From Octopus vulgaris (taxonomy: Eukaryota), in assembly GCA_951406725.2 (NCBI GenBank), contig OX597819.1, positions 39,246,001-39,310,000 on the forward strand: a stretch of 64,000 bases of DNA, read 5' to 3'. This document shows, one piece after another, positions 36,872 through 49,466 of this stretch. The notes beneath the pieces were generated by a model, which had not been told where the DNA came from, did no database searches, and worked only from the letters and a program-made list of their open reading frames with translations. Position numbers and translations under genes: made by a program. Position 1 is the first letter of the stretch. Each line of letters begins with the position of its first letter.

Positions 36872-39554
36872 TCACGGACAAGGAGTATGAATACATCACT
36901 AACTTCAAGTGCAAATCATGTTTGTTCTACAGTATCCCTAAAGTCCACAAAAGCCAAATAATTAGTGAAACATGCAAAACATCTACCGATATACTCATCA
37001 AAATCCCTTCACCAAATGATCTTAAACTTAGACCGATAATAGCAGGCCCAGCATGTGAAACTCACCGCCCCAGCAATTTCTTAGACACACTTCTTAAACC
37101 TTTCCTAAAACACATCAAAAGCTACGTAAGAGACGATATAGACATGCTTAACCACCTCCCTAAAACAGTCAATGAGAAAACCCTTCTAGTATCCTTCGAC
37201 GTAATTAACCTTTATTCAAACATCCCTCACACCCTAGGAATAGAAGCGATCACTTTCTGGCTAAATAACTACTCCTTTGAACTCCCAACTCGCATAAATA
37301 TAGAACTTATAATAGAAGGACTTAGAAAACAATTACTTTATTTTTGACAATAATTTCTACAGACAAAGATCGAGAACAGCGATGGGCACGCGTACTGCGC
37401 CTTTTTTTGCCAACCTAGTGATGGGATGCCTCGAGAAAATACTCTACCAGATAACACTCGAGAAATATGGAAACACCTTCTCCACCTATATCCAGAACAA
37501 CTGGAAAAGATACCCCGACGACTGCTTTATATAGTATAGAGAAACTTGAGGAATTTAAAATACTATTAAATGGAATAAATGATAATATACAATTCACGAT
37601 GGATCATAACGAAGAAGAATTACCATTTTTAGACATCCTCATTAAGAAAGCCGGCAACAAAATAGAGACAGATATCTATTATAAACCGACAGACTCCAAA
37701 CAGTACCTACTCTTTGATTCATGCCACCCAAGACACACTAGAATAAATGTCCCTTTTTGTTTAGCTAGAAGGATTTGCACCATAATATCAGACACAAACA
37801 CCCGTCACACACGTCTCCAGGAACTTAGAACTACACTCATAAATAGAAATTATCCACAGCCCCTAATAGACAGTGCAATCCAACGGGCACTTAAATTAAG
37901 TATAGAAGACCTGAGACAAACAAAACCAAAAAAGAAAGAAAAATTAAAAACCCTTCCCTACATCTCTACACACAACCCACCTAACAATGAGGCCTTCAGT
38001 ACCATACTACAAAGCACAGCCCTACTAAAGGGAGACCCAAAGATGAACCGGATCCTCGAAACACACACCATCATTAAAAGTAAACGGCAACCAAAATCCT
38101 TGAAAAGGATTTTAACCCAAGCTAAACTGCACTCAACATCAACCACAAAACCAGCAGTTAGAAAATGTGGAAGGCCCAACTGCGGAATCTGTGTCATCTT
38201 GGTAGAAGGTTCAGAATTTATACTAGAATAAGGCCATCAGTTCACCATAAGAACAAACTTCACCTGTGCATCAGAAAACTTAATTTACGTCTTAACATGC
38301 GCAGGCTGCAATAGGCAGTATATAGGCCATACAAAGAATAGCTTATGTAAAAAGATGGCGGTGCATAAATCCCAAATTAGAAACCCTGAATACCGGAAAA
38401 TACCGGTCAGCGGACACATAGATAGATGTGCTACAAATGAAAATCTGAAATTTACAACTTAACCACTTTACAAATTCAGTGACAGCGTAACCTTCACCCA
38501 ACGCCAAAATAAAGAACTTTATTTCATCAAAAAATTTAGACCAAGTTTGAACACCCTGGGCCAGGAATATTAAAACAAAACATTGGTCTTCCGAAAAGGA
38601 AAAATGAACTTCTACCACAACCACCACTACCACTACGACTGCTTCCACTAGCACTACTACTACAACCACCGTGGTCACTACTATTGCTGCTACGATCAAC
38701 AGCCCTCTACTGCTGCTACGGCCACAGTGTGAGAATTAAAATGGTAAAAAAAGGGTGGAGGTGGGGGGAATTACAATTTCTCAGATCTTTAAACAGTCAC
38801 TCCCGCTTGCAATGGTATATTTTAGGGAAAGATGAATTTATAAAAAAAAAATTTTTTCTGTGAGCAGATCTGATTTTGATTCGTTAAAAAATTGATGTCG
38901 TTCTGCTTGGTTGGTTTCCTTACAGGATACTGTTATGGGTGAGATCTGATTCGTTAAAAAATTGATGACGTTTTTCTTCCGTGGCCAAGCTTGTCGTTCT
39001 GCTTGGTTGGTTTCCTTACAGGATACAGTTATGGGTCTTTTCTTTGTATTCGTTGAAGTTTGGTTTTGATTGGTTTGGAATTATGTGACGTCAGTGAACA
39101 GTGCCAGTGAACCCACCACTTTTGCTGCCACGGCCACAGTTTAACTGCTACAACCCCAACAACCACCAAGGTTGCCAAAATTACGACCAACAGTAAAAGT
39201 CACAGGTTACTACTACTACGACAAACAATCACTACAGTTGCTACCATTGGAACACAAGGTAACAAAAAAGCGGTTCCTTTTGATACCAGCAAGAAACAAT
39301 AATGGACTTCTTCACTACACTCAACAGTAATATAGCGATTATACCAACTACCGACAAAACAACACCACATGGATTCTATTGAGACGATTATGAACTTTTC
39401 CATTGCACTTTTTATAATATTTTTGATAAGGTTCGTTTTTTCAGGAACCGAAACATGTAAAATTCATAAGAAAATAAAAATTTATCTAATATAGTGGCGT
39501 TTTCAAACTTCTTTTTTACAAATATATACCCACTCGTATACGATCTACTCTTAT

Positions 39555-39560
<6 letters not shown>
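36872..39560 (+). mobile_element. Penelope-like element (RT + GIY-YIG), 5'-truncated and degenerate
   Basis: FYSIPKVHK, LRPIIAG, LVSFDVINLYSNIP, LPFLDILI, TDIYYKPTDSKQYL, CGRPNCGIC, FTCASENLIYVLTCAGCNRQYIG. Hammerhead-like motif at 39423-39460. Confidence 0.93.
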
Positions 39561-39612
<52 letters not shown>

Positions 39613-39847
39613 AAACGTTTAGTAGATGAAACTTTAGCGACTGAAGAAGGGGATTTTTCGTTGTGCTTATTGTCCTGTATCTCCTTTTTTTGCTTGTCTT
39701 GTTCCTTGGTTTGTGTCTATGTCTTTCGTCTCTCTATGTGTTCGACGTCCTTTTGGTGTCCTGTACACATATATGCGTGTATATGTACATGTAGAGGTAG
39801 GTACGTACATATATGTTTATATATATGCATATATTTTATTAACATAT

Positions 39848-39924
<77 letters not shown>

Positions 39925-41487
39925 AGAATGCGTGGGGGTAGAAGAGAAAAAACACGTAGTTAACAATATTGAGAGACCGGATATGAAACACAACCAATGA
40001 AAACAAAATGTCGGAAGAAATTTTCACCAATGAGACAGCAATAAAATACGTGAATTTTCTCAGACTAAATAAATATTTAGCGACATCAGATAGTACACAA
40101 CACCGACTCCACACAGAATAAACAAATTCTAGGATACATAAACAAAAACTGTGTATTAAAAATTATAAAGAAAAAAAAAAACCTAAGGAAGGCTAAAAAA
40201 TCTAACACACACACCGGCAGTAAAACTCATTGCTGATCCCAATAATAATAATATATAGATGGAGTAAAAAAAACTATCAAAAGAGCAGCGAAAGCTAAGA
40301 CGCATATATATTCATGAGGTAAAAAAAAGTATGAAAACATCGCTAAACAGAGAAAAGAAAAAGAAAAATTACTACTTTCAAATTTTTGTGTTTACTGGAC
40401 TGGTCAATTAGGGGTTCCATCTATTTTTTTAATTCTTTTATTTGTTCCAGTCATTTGACTGCGGGCCATGTTGGAGCACCGCCTTTAGTCGAACAAATCG
40501 ACACCAGGACTTTTTTTTGTTTATAAGCCTAGTAGTTTATTCTCTAAGTTTCGGGGGCGTAAACACACCAGCATCGGTTGTCAAGCGATGGTGGACACAC
40601 ACACACATCCATCCATCCATCCATCCATCCATACATACATACATACATACATACATACGTACGTACGTACGTACATACATACATACATACATACATACAT
40701 ACGTGTATGAATGACCATGGGATTGCACCTAGAAAGCCACCCTCCGAGGCACAAGTCCAGGTAAAGTTGTTTATGGAATACTAGAAGTCGCCCACGCATA
40801 CCAGCCTTTCCACGTCACCGATGTTATCCAAGGGAAAGGCAAAAGCCAATAAAGTTTGGCACCAGTGACGTCGCAGCTCATTTTATTAAAGTGCAAGTGG
40901 CTGAGCAATCCACAGACACGTGTACTCTTAACGTAGTTCTCGGGGAGATTCAGCGTGACAAGGCTGGCCCTTTGAAATACAGGTACAACAGAAACAGGAA
41001 GAAAGAGTGAGAGAAAGTTGTGGTGAATGAGTACAGCAGGGTTCACCACCAGCCCTTCCGGAGCGTCGTGGAGCTTTAAGTGTTTTCGCTCAATAAACAC
41101 TCACAATGCCCGGTCTAGGAATCGAAACCGCGAGTCCGCAGCCCTAACCACTGGGCCTTTGTGCCTACACACACACATACATATATAGGCGATGTACTTG
41201 CATAGCAAGTGACCTGATCTGAGATCAGGTGCTGAAACAAAAACAATTGCAGTGTGAAAAGTGTTTAGTTATAAACCATTAACCGACAAAATTCCGTGCA
41301 AACACGGAATTTTGTTAGTGAACAGGTCGAGGTCTCAAAGCGACGAAAATATTTTGACAAATTAAGTTTAAATGTTGAAGTGAATCTAACGTTTTTTTTT
41401 TGTGTTTTTTAAATGGCTTATAAACACCTTCCACGCTGCAATTGTTTGTATATATATATATATATATATATACGGCGGACTTCTATC

Positions 41488-41716
41488 AATTTCCTATTTC
41501 TTTATTGCCCACAAGGGGCTAAACATAGAGGGGACAAACAAGGGATTAAGTCGATTACATCGACCCCAGTGCGTAACTGGTACTTAATTTATCGACCCAG
41601 AAAGGATGAAAGGCAAAGTCGACCTCGGCGGAATTTGAACTCCGAACGTAACGGCAGACAAAATACTGCTAAGCATTTTGCCTGGCGTGCTAACGTTTCT
41701 GCCAGCTCGCCGCCTT
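41488..41716 (-). mobile_element. SINE family D
   Basis: Head AAGGCGGCGAGCTGGCAGAAACGTTAGCACG, B box GAGTTCAAATTCC. Copies at 51173-51397 (+), 58602-58815 (+), about 1430-1590 (-) and 46600-46795 (-). Confidence 0.88.
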
Positions 41717-42806
41717 CACTCAATTTCCGTTTACCAAATCCACTCAAGGCTTTAGGGTCGGAATGAAGATCTTCATCTGTGAACAATAAATAAATAAACA
41801 AATACATAAACCAGCCTGGTGGGTGTTATAGCAAGTATGTAGAAAACGTATATGAAAAAAAAAAATATTGCGCTAACGACCTTGGGGGTGGGGAGAGGAC
41901 TTTCAGAAAATTCAAAAGATTCGATTTTTCCGTCATAACTTTCGGTAAAATGGATATATATTGATTTTTTTTAACGGAATCCCACGTTTTTTTTTATTAT
42001 AGAGGATCCGATTCTGAAGGAAAAAAAAATTCAAAAATCGGATTTTCAAAATTTCAATTCTGCCTCATACCCCCCCCCCCCCCGCTTCATTTTCACTTTT
42101 CCGGAAAGTTTGCTTTTGCGAAGTACGTAGAAAAATACGATGATTACGATTCTGAAAAAAATTTGTTTGTAAAATTTCAATTTTTCAACAAACACACACA
42201 CACACTTATATGTGTTTTATACATTACCCCAAACCTTCAAGCAGGCTACCCACATGCTAGAAATAACAGCCAAATCTCACAAAACTGCGATAACATAATG
42301 TTATGAATCTATTCACCTTTCTGCAAAGATTTCTTCCAGATTAATTTCCCGCACTCGACACTTTATTTCAACGATCACTATCGCTCGACCTGTTAAGTTA
42401 TGTTATAAAGAGACATCAACAACACCATTTATTGATGTTGACAACAGACCAACTTCTCTGCTAAGTTCCCGTCTTCAGAGAATCCACTCACACAGCATTG
42501 CAATTTAGAAATGATACTAAATTATTTTATTTTAAAATTGCAAGTGTCCAACAATAGAAATTAGCAGCCAAATGTACCTGCAATCACCTCTTACCATTCG
42601 TTTTAAGTCAGTATACATTGGTATAATGCAGTCGGAGGTGGTCACAGAACAGCTTTATTTGATCATAGCGCTGACGAAGCTAAACAACAAAACTCAAGAA
42701 TAGAATTTAGATCGATCGACACATGTAAAATAAGGCTAAGGGCAACAACTCACATTTTTTTTAATACGTTGACTATAAATCGATTGTGAGAAATGCAGCG
42801 AATCAA

Positions 42807-43078
42807 GGTACTACCTGAGAACAGTGCGCGCACTCGCGTAAACTAGTCATGACTAGTCGATCCTTACCTTGTGTTTTTGTGTTATTTACTTTGTGTTTTT
42901 GCGTTTTATTTATTTTGTTTAACAAAAATTATTTACTTTGTGTAAAAAAAAACTATTTATTTTGTGTTTTATTTACTTTGCTAGGTAGTCGTTGTAGGAT
43001 CGACTAGTCACGACTAGCTAGCGCGGATACGCGACTACGCGAGTGTGCGCCCCGGGACCACTGTTCTCAAGTAGCACC
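42807..43078. mobile_element. Palindromic MITE with GG termini
   Basis: TIR GGTACTACCTGAGAACAGTG / CACTGTTCTCAAGTAGCACC plus inner inverted blocks CTAGTCATGACTAGTCGATCC. Confidence 0.8.
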
Positions 43079-44561
43079 GCGCCAATTGCGATATAAAATA
43101 AATTTATAGATAAAGATCAAAACAGTATTTCTGAGTTTTTACTAGTATAAAGAACTTTGAGATTCGTCTGTATTTGTAAATTTGTTCTCGGTACTAAAAC
43201 AGTTTCCTCGCTTCTGATACACACCATAAGCTCGATCTCTTAAAAGTCGTCAAGTTACACTTTTCTGTCAGAAAAAAAAAAAAAAAATGTACGAGACACG
43301 TGTATCTCGGAGAATGTATTTCTGAACATGTTAGACATTAAAATTAGACAATATGATCTGATTCCGGCTGATCGAACAACTCAAACGGGGCCAAACAACA
43401 TACATTATTTTATTAGATGAATGCAGTGTCATCGCATATTTTATTTATCAGTTTTCCATATGTTGCTTTAAGCTTGTTTTTGTTTGTTTATATAACCACT
43501 GGTATTCCAGCCGTGACCGCCTCGTTTTTATTTCTGAAACTATGTAGAACTACACTATCCAATATGTTTGGCAACTATTTCTAGCAGATGACCACGTGTA
43601 ACGTGACCTAATTAGTAATAAAGAGAAAGAAACTAAATTCAAAATAGAAGTTATTTATATTTCATGCTTCCTTGTTTTTTTTTTTATCACTACTCTCTTT
43701 GAATCATCGGTTTTATTTAAACCAAGAATAAATTAATAACGACTCCGGTAACATTGGGATGATGAAAAAACATTTAGATGTTCTTTCGTTTATTACTGTG
43801 TTGCTGACACTAGAAATTGTCTAGTTGTTAACTAGAAATTGGGTTGAATTCTGTCTATCTAAAGGAAAAGATCCCTGGATTTTGACATAGCTAAACAAGT
43901 ATAGGCCTTTAAAATCCGCAGAGGCCTCGCAATAATTAAAAGGTATATTATGGTTCTAGTTCTGCCGAAACCTTTTAGTGTAATTAGTGCTTTCCAAGCT
44001 TTACGTAACCTAAAGCCTCACCACCAAGTGAAGGCTAAGGTTTATGGAAGAGGGCAGAAGATCGAAATATATTTGATGCTTTTATTTTTCTTCACCATAG
44101 TTGCTGGAAACATGAAAATGTTTCTAGCAGGTTAACTGGTCATGTAGAGACTCGGTAGCGGAAGTAACATGATAGCTCCACAGATGCTGTTGTGCATATA
44201 TTTCTTGGTAGACATCACTTGAAAGTATCAAATTCAAGGACAACGATTATATGGTAAGCAACAGTCATCATTTCGTACATCCCAACGACGCAATGCCACA
44301 TACAAACATAACAGAAATGTACTTGGAGTTTCATAAAAATTAAAACTCGCGCCGTAACAAGATTTATTTGGCGTCATTTTCACAAACTTAAGGTCTGGGC
44401 TAACTTTCGCACGAAATGAAAACTTAGATTTTACCTACTAATAGTTTGGTAATTATTTTCCTTTCACTTTGCTGTCGGCTGTATATGGTGGGCGGTAGAA
44501 TTAAAGGAAAATGAGATCATTTCTGTTTGGCTTTCACTTTTCAGTTCCTATAATTTTGTTG

Positions 44562-44941
44562 GGATCTTTTCCTTTTGAACGGCACATGTCAACACAATTT
44601 CTAGTTAACTAAACACTTTAAAACTTCGTATACTGGTAGAATGTGTCAAAATAAAGCATTTTTTTCTCTTGGCTTCTTGAGAAAATTGTAATTTGTTTGT
44701 TTAACGGTTAAGGGTTAGGGTTAGTGACAAGATGTTGTCTCAGTTTTAGACGCAGCAAATGATTTTAGCTCAATTAGAGGCAATTGAATGGTTAAAATTC
44801 GAAAAATTAAACTATGTTAAACAAACGAATTACAATTTTATCAAGAAAGCCAAGAGAGAAAAATAGTTTATTTTGACACATTCTACCAGTATACGAAGTT
44901 TTAAATTGTGTTGACATGTGCCGTTCAAAAGGAAAAGATCC
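44562..44941. mobile_element. Merlin-like MITE
   Basis: Long TIR GGATCTTTTCCTTTTGAACGGCACATGTCAACACAATTT, perfect 8-bp TSD TTTTGTTG. Nested in an older MITE at about 44515-45049. Confidence 0.88.
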
Positions 44942-45319
44942 TTTTGTTGTAGGTTTCAAATTTGGAATAAGTATATAACTGCATCAGATTCAGTGTGGAA
45001 AATTACAAAATCCCAAATTTCAAAAAGTGAGAGTCAAACAAAAAAGATCTGAAAAATGTCCTAAAAGTTATTGCGCAACCAATTTTGTTGCTGTTGACAT
45101 GTATTTACTATGTAGACTCTCCATCTGATCAATGTGGAAAAGAAAGTTCCTTGGTTCAGTTGACCACACTTCTCTATAGGGCACCAGAGTAGACATCTGT
45201 TGTTAATAGTTGAACTTAAGAGTAGCAGCTTAGGTAAATGCCTGGGACATCATATAATGTTTGGGATATTCAAAATAAAGTGGAAAAATTAAAATAATAA
45301 CTAAAATAAATGCTTTGTT

Positions 45320-46430
45320 CATCACCATCATCATCATCATCATCTTCATCTCCATTCTGGCATGGGTTGGACAGTGTGACAGGAGGGGCTTTGTGTAGGT
45401 TTTCTCAAGCACAGCAAACCAGAAGTCTCAGTAAGATGAGATGACAAAAGTCTCAGTTCCTTGTCATCTCTGTGAGACCCAATGGCTGAAGATCCTTTCT
45501 CATCATTTCGTCCCACATCTTCCTGGGTCTATACCTTCCACACATGCCCTCCACAATTAAAGATCGACACCTCTTGTTGCATCTGTCCTTATTCATATGC
45601 ATCACATGACTGTACTAGTGCAGTCTTCTCTCTTGCACACTACATCCGATGTCTTATATACCCAATTTTTCTTTCAAATCACTTACACTCTGTCATTACC
45701 CATCCAGCAATACATGCTGGCTTCATTTCTTTCAAGCCTTCACATGTTCTCAGTAGTCACAGACTATGTTTCACTGCCATGTAGCATAGCTGTTCATACG
45801 CAGGCATCATACAATCTGCCTTTCATTCTGAGGGTAGTAGCTTTCTGAACTTTGCCCTAACCACTTTTATTTTAGCAGCAATGCTTTTGGAACAACCTCC
45901 ATCACTGCTAACTCAGTCACCTAAGTAATGGAAACTGTCTACAACTTCCAAGGATTCCCCCTGTCATTTGAGGGAGTCTATTTTCTGTATATTCCTAGTG
46001 TTTGATGTACCTGCACATCTGCCATATACAAAGACTACTTTCTCTGTTAACCTTCTTGTGATATCACTGCACCTCATTTGTGTCCATAGCTTGCACTTGG
46101 TACACTTTATGGAGTTTCTACTAACAACTTTTCAACATATCAAACAGGATCATCTCCCTGAAGGGATTAGTGATTTGTCTGTTTTAGTCTTTGCTAAATT
46201 AAGGTCCTTTGGTTCCAGACCTTGCTTCCACCTGAAACTTCTTCTCTAGTTCTGGGTAGTGATTCAGCAATAAGAACAAGGTCATCAGCATACAAGAGCT
46301 CCCAAGGGTAGCCTGTCATGAATTCCTGTGTTATGGCCTGGTGGTCTACGATAAACAAGAGAAAGCTGAGAATAGATCCTTGGTGAACTCCTACCTGTAC
46401 ACTAAATTACTTGCTACACTGATTCCAGAC
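45320..46430 (-). mobile_element. RTE LINE 3' fragment, related to 11335-14222
   Basis: HQGSILSFLLFI, PWELLYADDL, LYDACV, then 3' UTR and (GAT)n tail. Confidence 0.85.
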
Positions 46431-46900
46431 TTTCACCAAAATATTTATTTATTTTTACTGTCTTTGTGAAAGTCTAATATCTGGAAGAATGGGCAGACTG
46501 ACAGATACTTGTAAGGCACTGAAATTCAGCTTGTATGGGACACCAGCATCCTTAGAGAACAGTCCTGGTGAAACTACAGTTATAAATAAAGCTAATAATT
46601 GCTTCTAACACAGTCACAGAACCTGAAATTGAGGGACAGGAGGTTAACCTATTAAATTGCACATGATACTTGACTTGCTCTTTATTTTATTGACCCCAAA
46701 AAGCAGGATTTTAACTCAGATAATAGAGAGAGAAAGAAGAAATACTCAAGCCATTTGTTTCTAATGTTGTAATTACTCTGCTAGCTCACTGCCTTAAATA
46801 AATCTAATAAGCTTTGAAGTGATTTTGTTATCTCTATTGTATTTTATAAATGTGATGTCTTATATTTCATGATTGAGAAATTCAAGTAACATGGCATTAT

Positions 46901-47058
46901 GGCGTAACTTCGGTATAGGTACCGGATACATTTCAAGAAAGTGTTTTTTTTCTATATATGGGGGGTTTAGGGTTAGGGTTCGGGGTGGGAAAAAGGGTTT
47001 CTGTTATCTTCAGTAATATAAACAAAACCACTTACAGTACCTATACCGAAGGATCGCC
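46901..47058. mobile_element. Short MITE with GG termini
   Basis: TIR GGCGTAACTTCGGTATAGGTAC / GTACCTATACCGAAGGATCGCC. Central TTAGGG units. Confidence 0.75.
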
Positions 47059-47408
47059 CTTTTGCATTCTGTTATCAACTCCTGCAATATTAGTCCTAAA
47101 GTGGTGACCTTTTTCTTGTACAACATTGGTGGCTTATAGAGGGGAAACTTACCTTACCCAAACCTGATATAATTTTAATTGATGTTTCAGAGTTGTCTCC
47201 CCTACCTACCTTTATTAGACTCAACTAAGTAGCCTCTGTGATACCCCCCCACCACCACTTTAATATATGATGACTTGTGATCCAATGAAAGCTTTCTTAT
47301 TTGCTACATTAAAGGTATTAGCACTTACTCCACTAATCTTGTATCAGCTTGTAGCATTGAAGTCCTCATAATGCCACAGAGAAAACAAACAAACTTTTAT
47401 GTATTCAG

Positions 47409-47821
47409 GGATCTTTTCGGTTTGAACAGCAGTTTTTTCTAGCGGTGTCATATGAAATTGTCACCCATAATTATGACCCTAGTATCGATCTATTGCATTT
47501 CAATCTGTTTTTGGGTTTGGGGTGGGGGGAAGGGTATCTTTTTTTCTTCACAAATGTAAATAAACCCAATCTGTTTCTTAAACGAGGGACATATTCATAC
47601 GGCACAGAATGTTTTTTACCTCAATAGAAGTCAGTGATTGGTTGAAGTTGCAGAAATTGAAGAAAAAAAAAACAACAAATATCTTACAAACAATAGAATT
47701 TTCTCAATAAAGCCAAGAGAAAAAGATGTTTTATAAACACATTCTACCAGTATACAAAGTTTAAAATTTTTTAGTTACCTAGAAATTATGTTAAAAACTG
47801 CCGTTCAAACCGAAAAGATCC
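47409..47821. mobile_element. Merlin-like MITE
   Basis: TIR GGATCTTTTCGGTTTGAACAGCAGTTTTT, TSD GTATTCAG / GTATTCTG. Confidence 0.88.
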
Positions 47822-49056
47822 GTATTCTGTGTAAATTCATCCTGTTTCAGTTATTAACTTTGGTATGGAGAGAGCTTTCAAGCTACAATTTTTTCAGTCT
47901 AAAACTATACATAGCATCATTGATATTTCCGAAACTGATTGAAATCTGTGATAGTTGAATGAATGCTAACATGTATAATTTAGTAATCTGAAAACAAAAA
48001 TTACTACTGATAGAACAAGACAAAAACATTAGCCCAATTCTCACTGAGGAGGTCCTATGAGATCAAAATGTGTTCCAGAGTTGCCAAAGATCAAATTATT
48101 TAAATACCAGCCCCAGCTTTACCTTTCTTCACTAGGATAAGCAATTTGGTTAACATTTTCTATCTTTCTCATTTGGCATTCAAAGAATGGTACTGTCTCA
48201 AGTCCTAAGACTTATAAGGCCTATTACTCTGTTTTCATGGTGTATAAGTGACCAAGCTCACAGCATTCCCCCAGAATTGGTTGGCAGTTCACCACAAAAT
48301 TACTCACAGTTGAAGGGACTGGAGCAACATGAAATGATTTGCTCGGGGGAACAATACACCACCTGGTCCAGAAATTGAAACCATGATTATGTGATCATGA
48401 GTAAAACACCTGAGCTACGAGGTCACACATTCACTGCCTTACTATGGGTGCATTATAATTAATTCTTTTGTCTCGTTATTTAAAATATGTTGGCACTTAT
48501 TTTCTCTTACAATTGATTTCAGCTCAGTGGTTAGAGTGTCGAGCTTACAATTGTGAGGTTGTGAGTTTGATTTATCTGGACCAGGCTTTGTGTTGTGTTC
48601 TTGAGCAAGACACTTTATTTCATATTGCTCCAGAAATAAGTTGGTGCCAAGATGTATTGCCTTTGCCTTTCCTTTGGATAACATCAGTGGCATGGAGAGG
48701 GGAGGCTGGTATGCATGGATGACTGCTAGTCTTCCATAAACAACCTTGCCTGGACTTGTGCCTAGGAGAGGAACTTTCTAAGTGCAATACCATGGTCATT
48801 CGTGACCAAAGGGGGTCTTTACTTTACTAGATTTCCATTTAGAATTATAAAAAAGAAAAACACCACTATAAAAAGGGATCTTTTAGGGATGCTTTCATGT
48901 GTTTATTATTCACACCTGAGACAATCCTCTTTCACTCCATAGTCACTATCACTATAAATTCTGAAAAGTTATACCTAATAGTGTACTACTTCTCTGTATG
49001 ACACTCAAATAGTCTTAACTTAAAAAAAAAAAAATCATAACTGTGTTATTCAAGAA

Positions 49057-49466
49057 GTGACTGTGTGGTAAGTAGCTTACTTACTGACCACATGGTTCCG
49101 GGTTCAGTCCCACTGCGTGGAATCTTGGGCAAGTGTCTTCCACTATAGCCTCGGGCCGACTAAAGCCTTGTGAGTGGATTTGGTAGATGGAAATTCAAAG
49201 AAGCCCGTCGTATATATGTATATATATATGTGTATCTGTGTATGTATGTTTGTGTGTGTGTTTGTGTCTGTGTTTGTCCCCCTGGCATTGCTTGACAACC
49301 GATGCTGGTGTGTTTATGTCCCCGTAACTTAGTGGTTCGGCAAAAGAGACTGATAGAATAAGTACTGGGCTTACAAAGAATAAGTCCCGGGGTTGATTTG
49401 CTTGACTAAAGGCGGTGCTCCAGCATGGCCACAGTCAAATGACTGAAACAAGTAAAAGAGTAAAAG
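49057..49466 (+). mobile_element. SINE family A, full length
   Basis: Head, central (TA/TG)n and GTAAAAGAGTAAAAG tail. Confidence 0.9.

Noticed and set aside
39610-40799. Short ORFs rich in YI, RE and HT/YV repeats
   Set aside because: Translations of microsatellites and SINEs.
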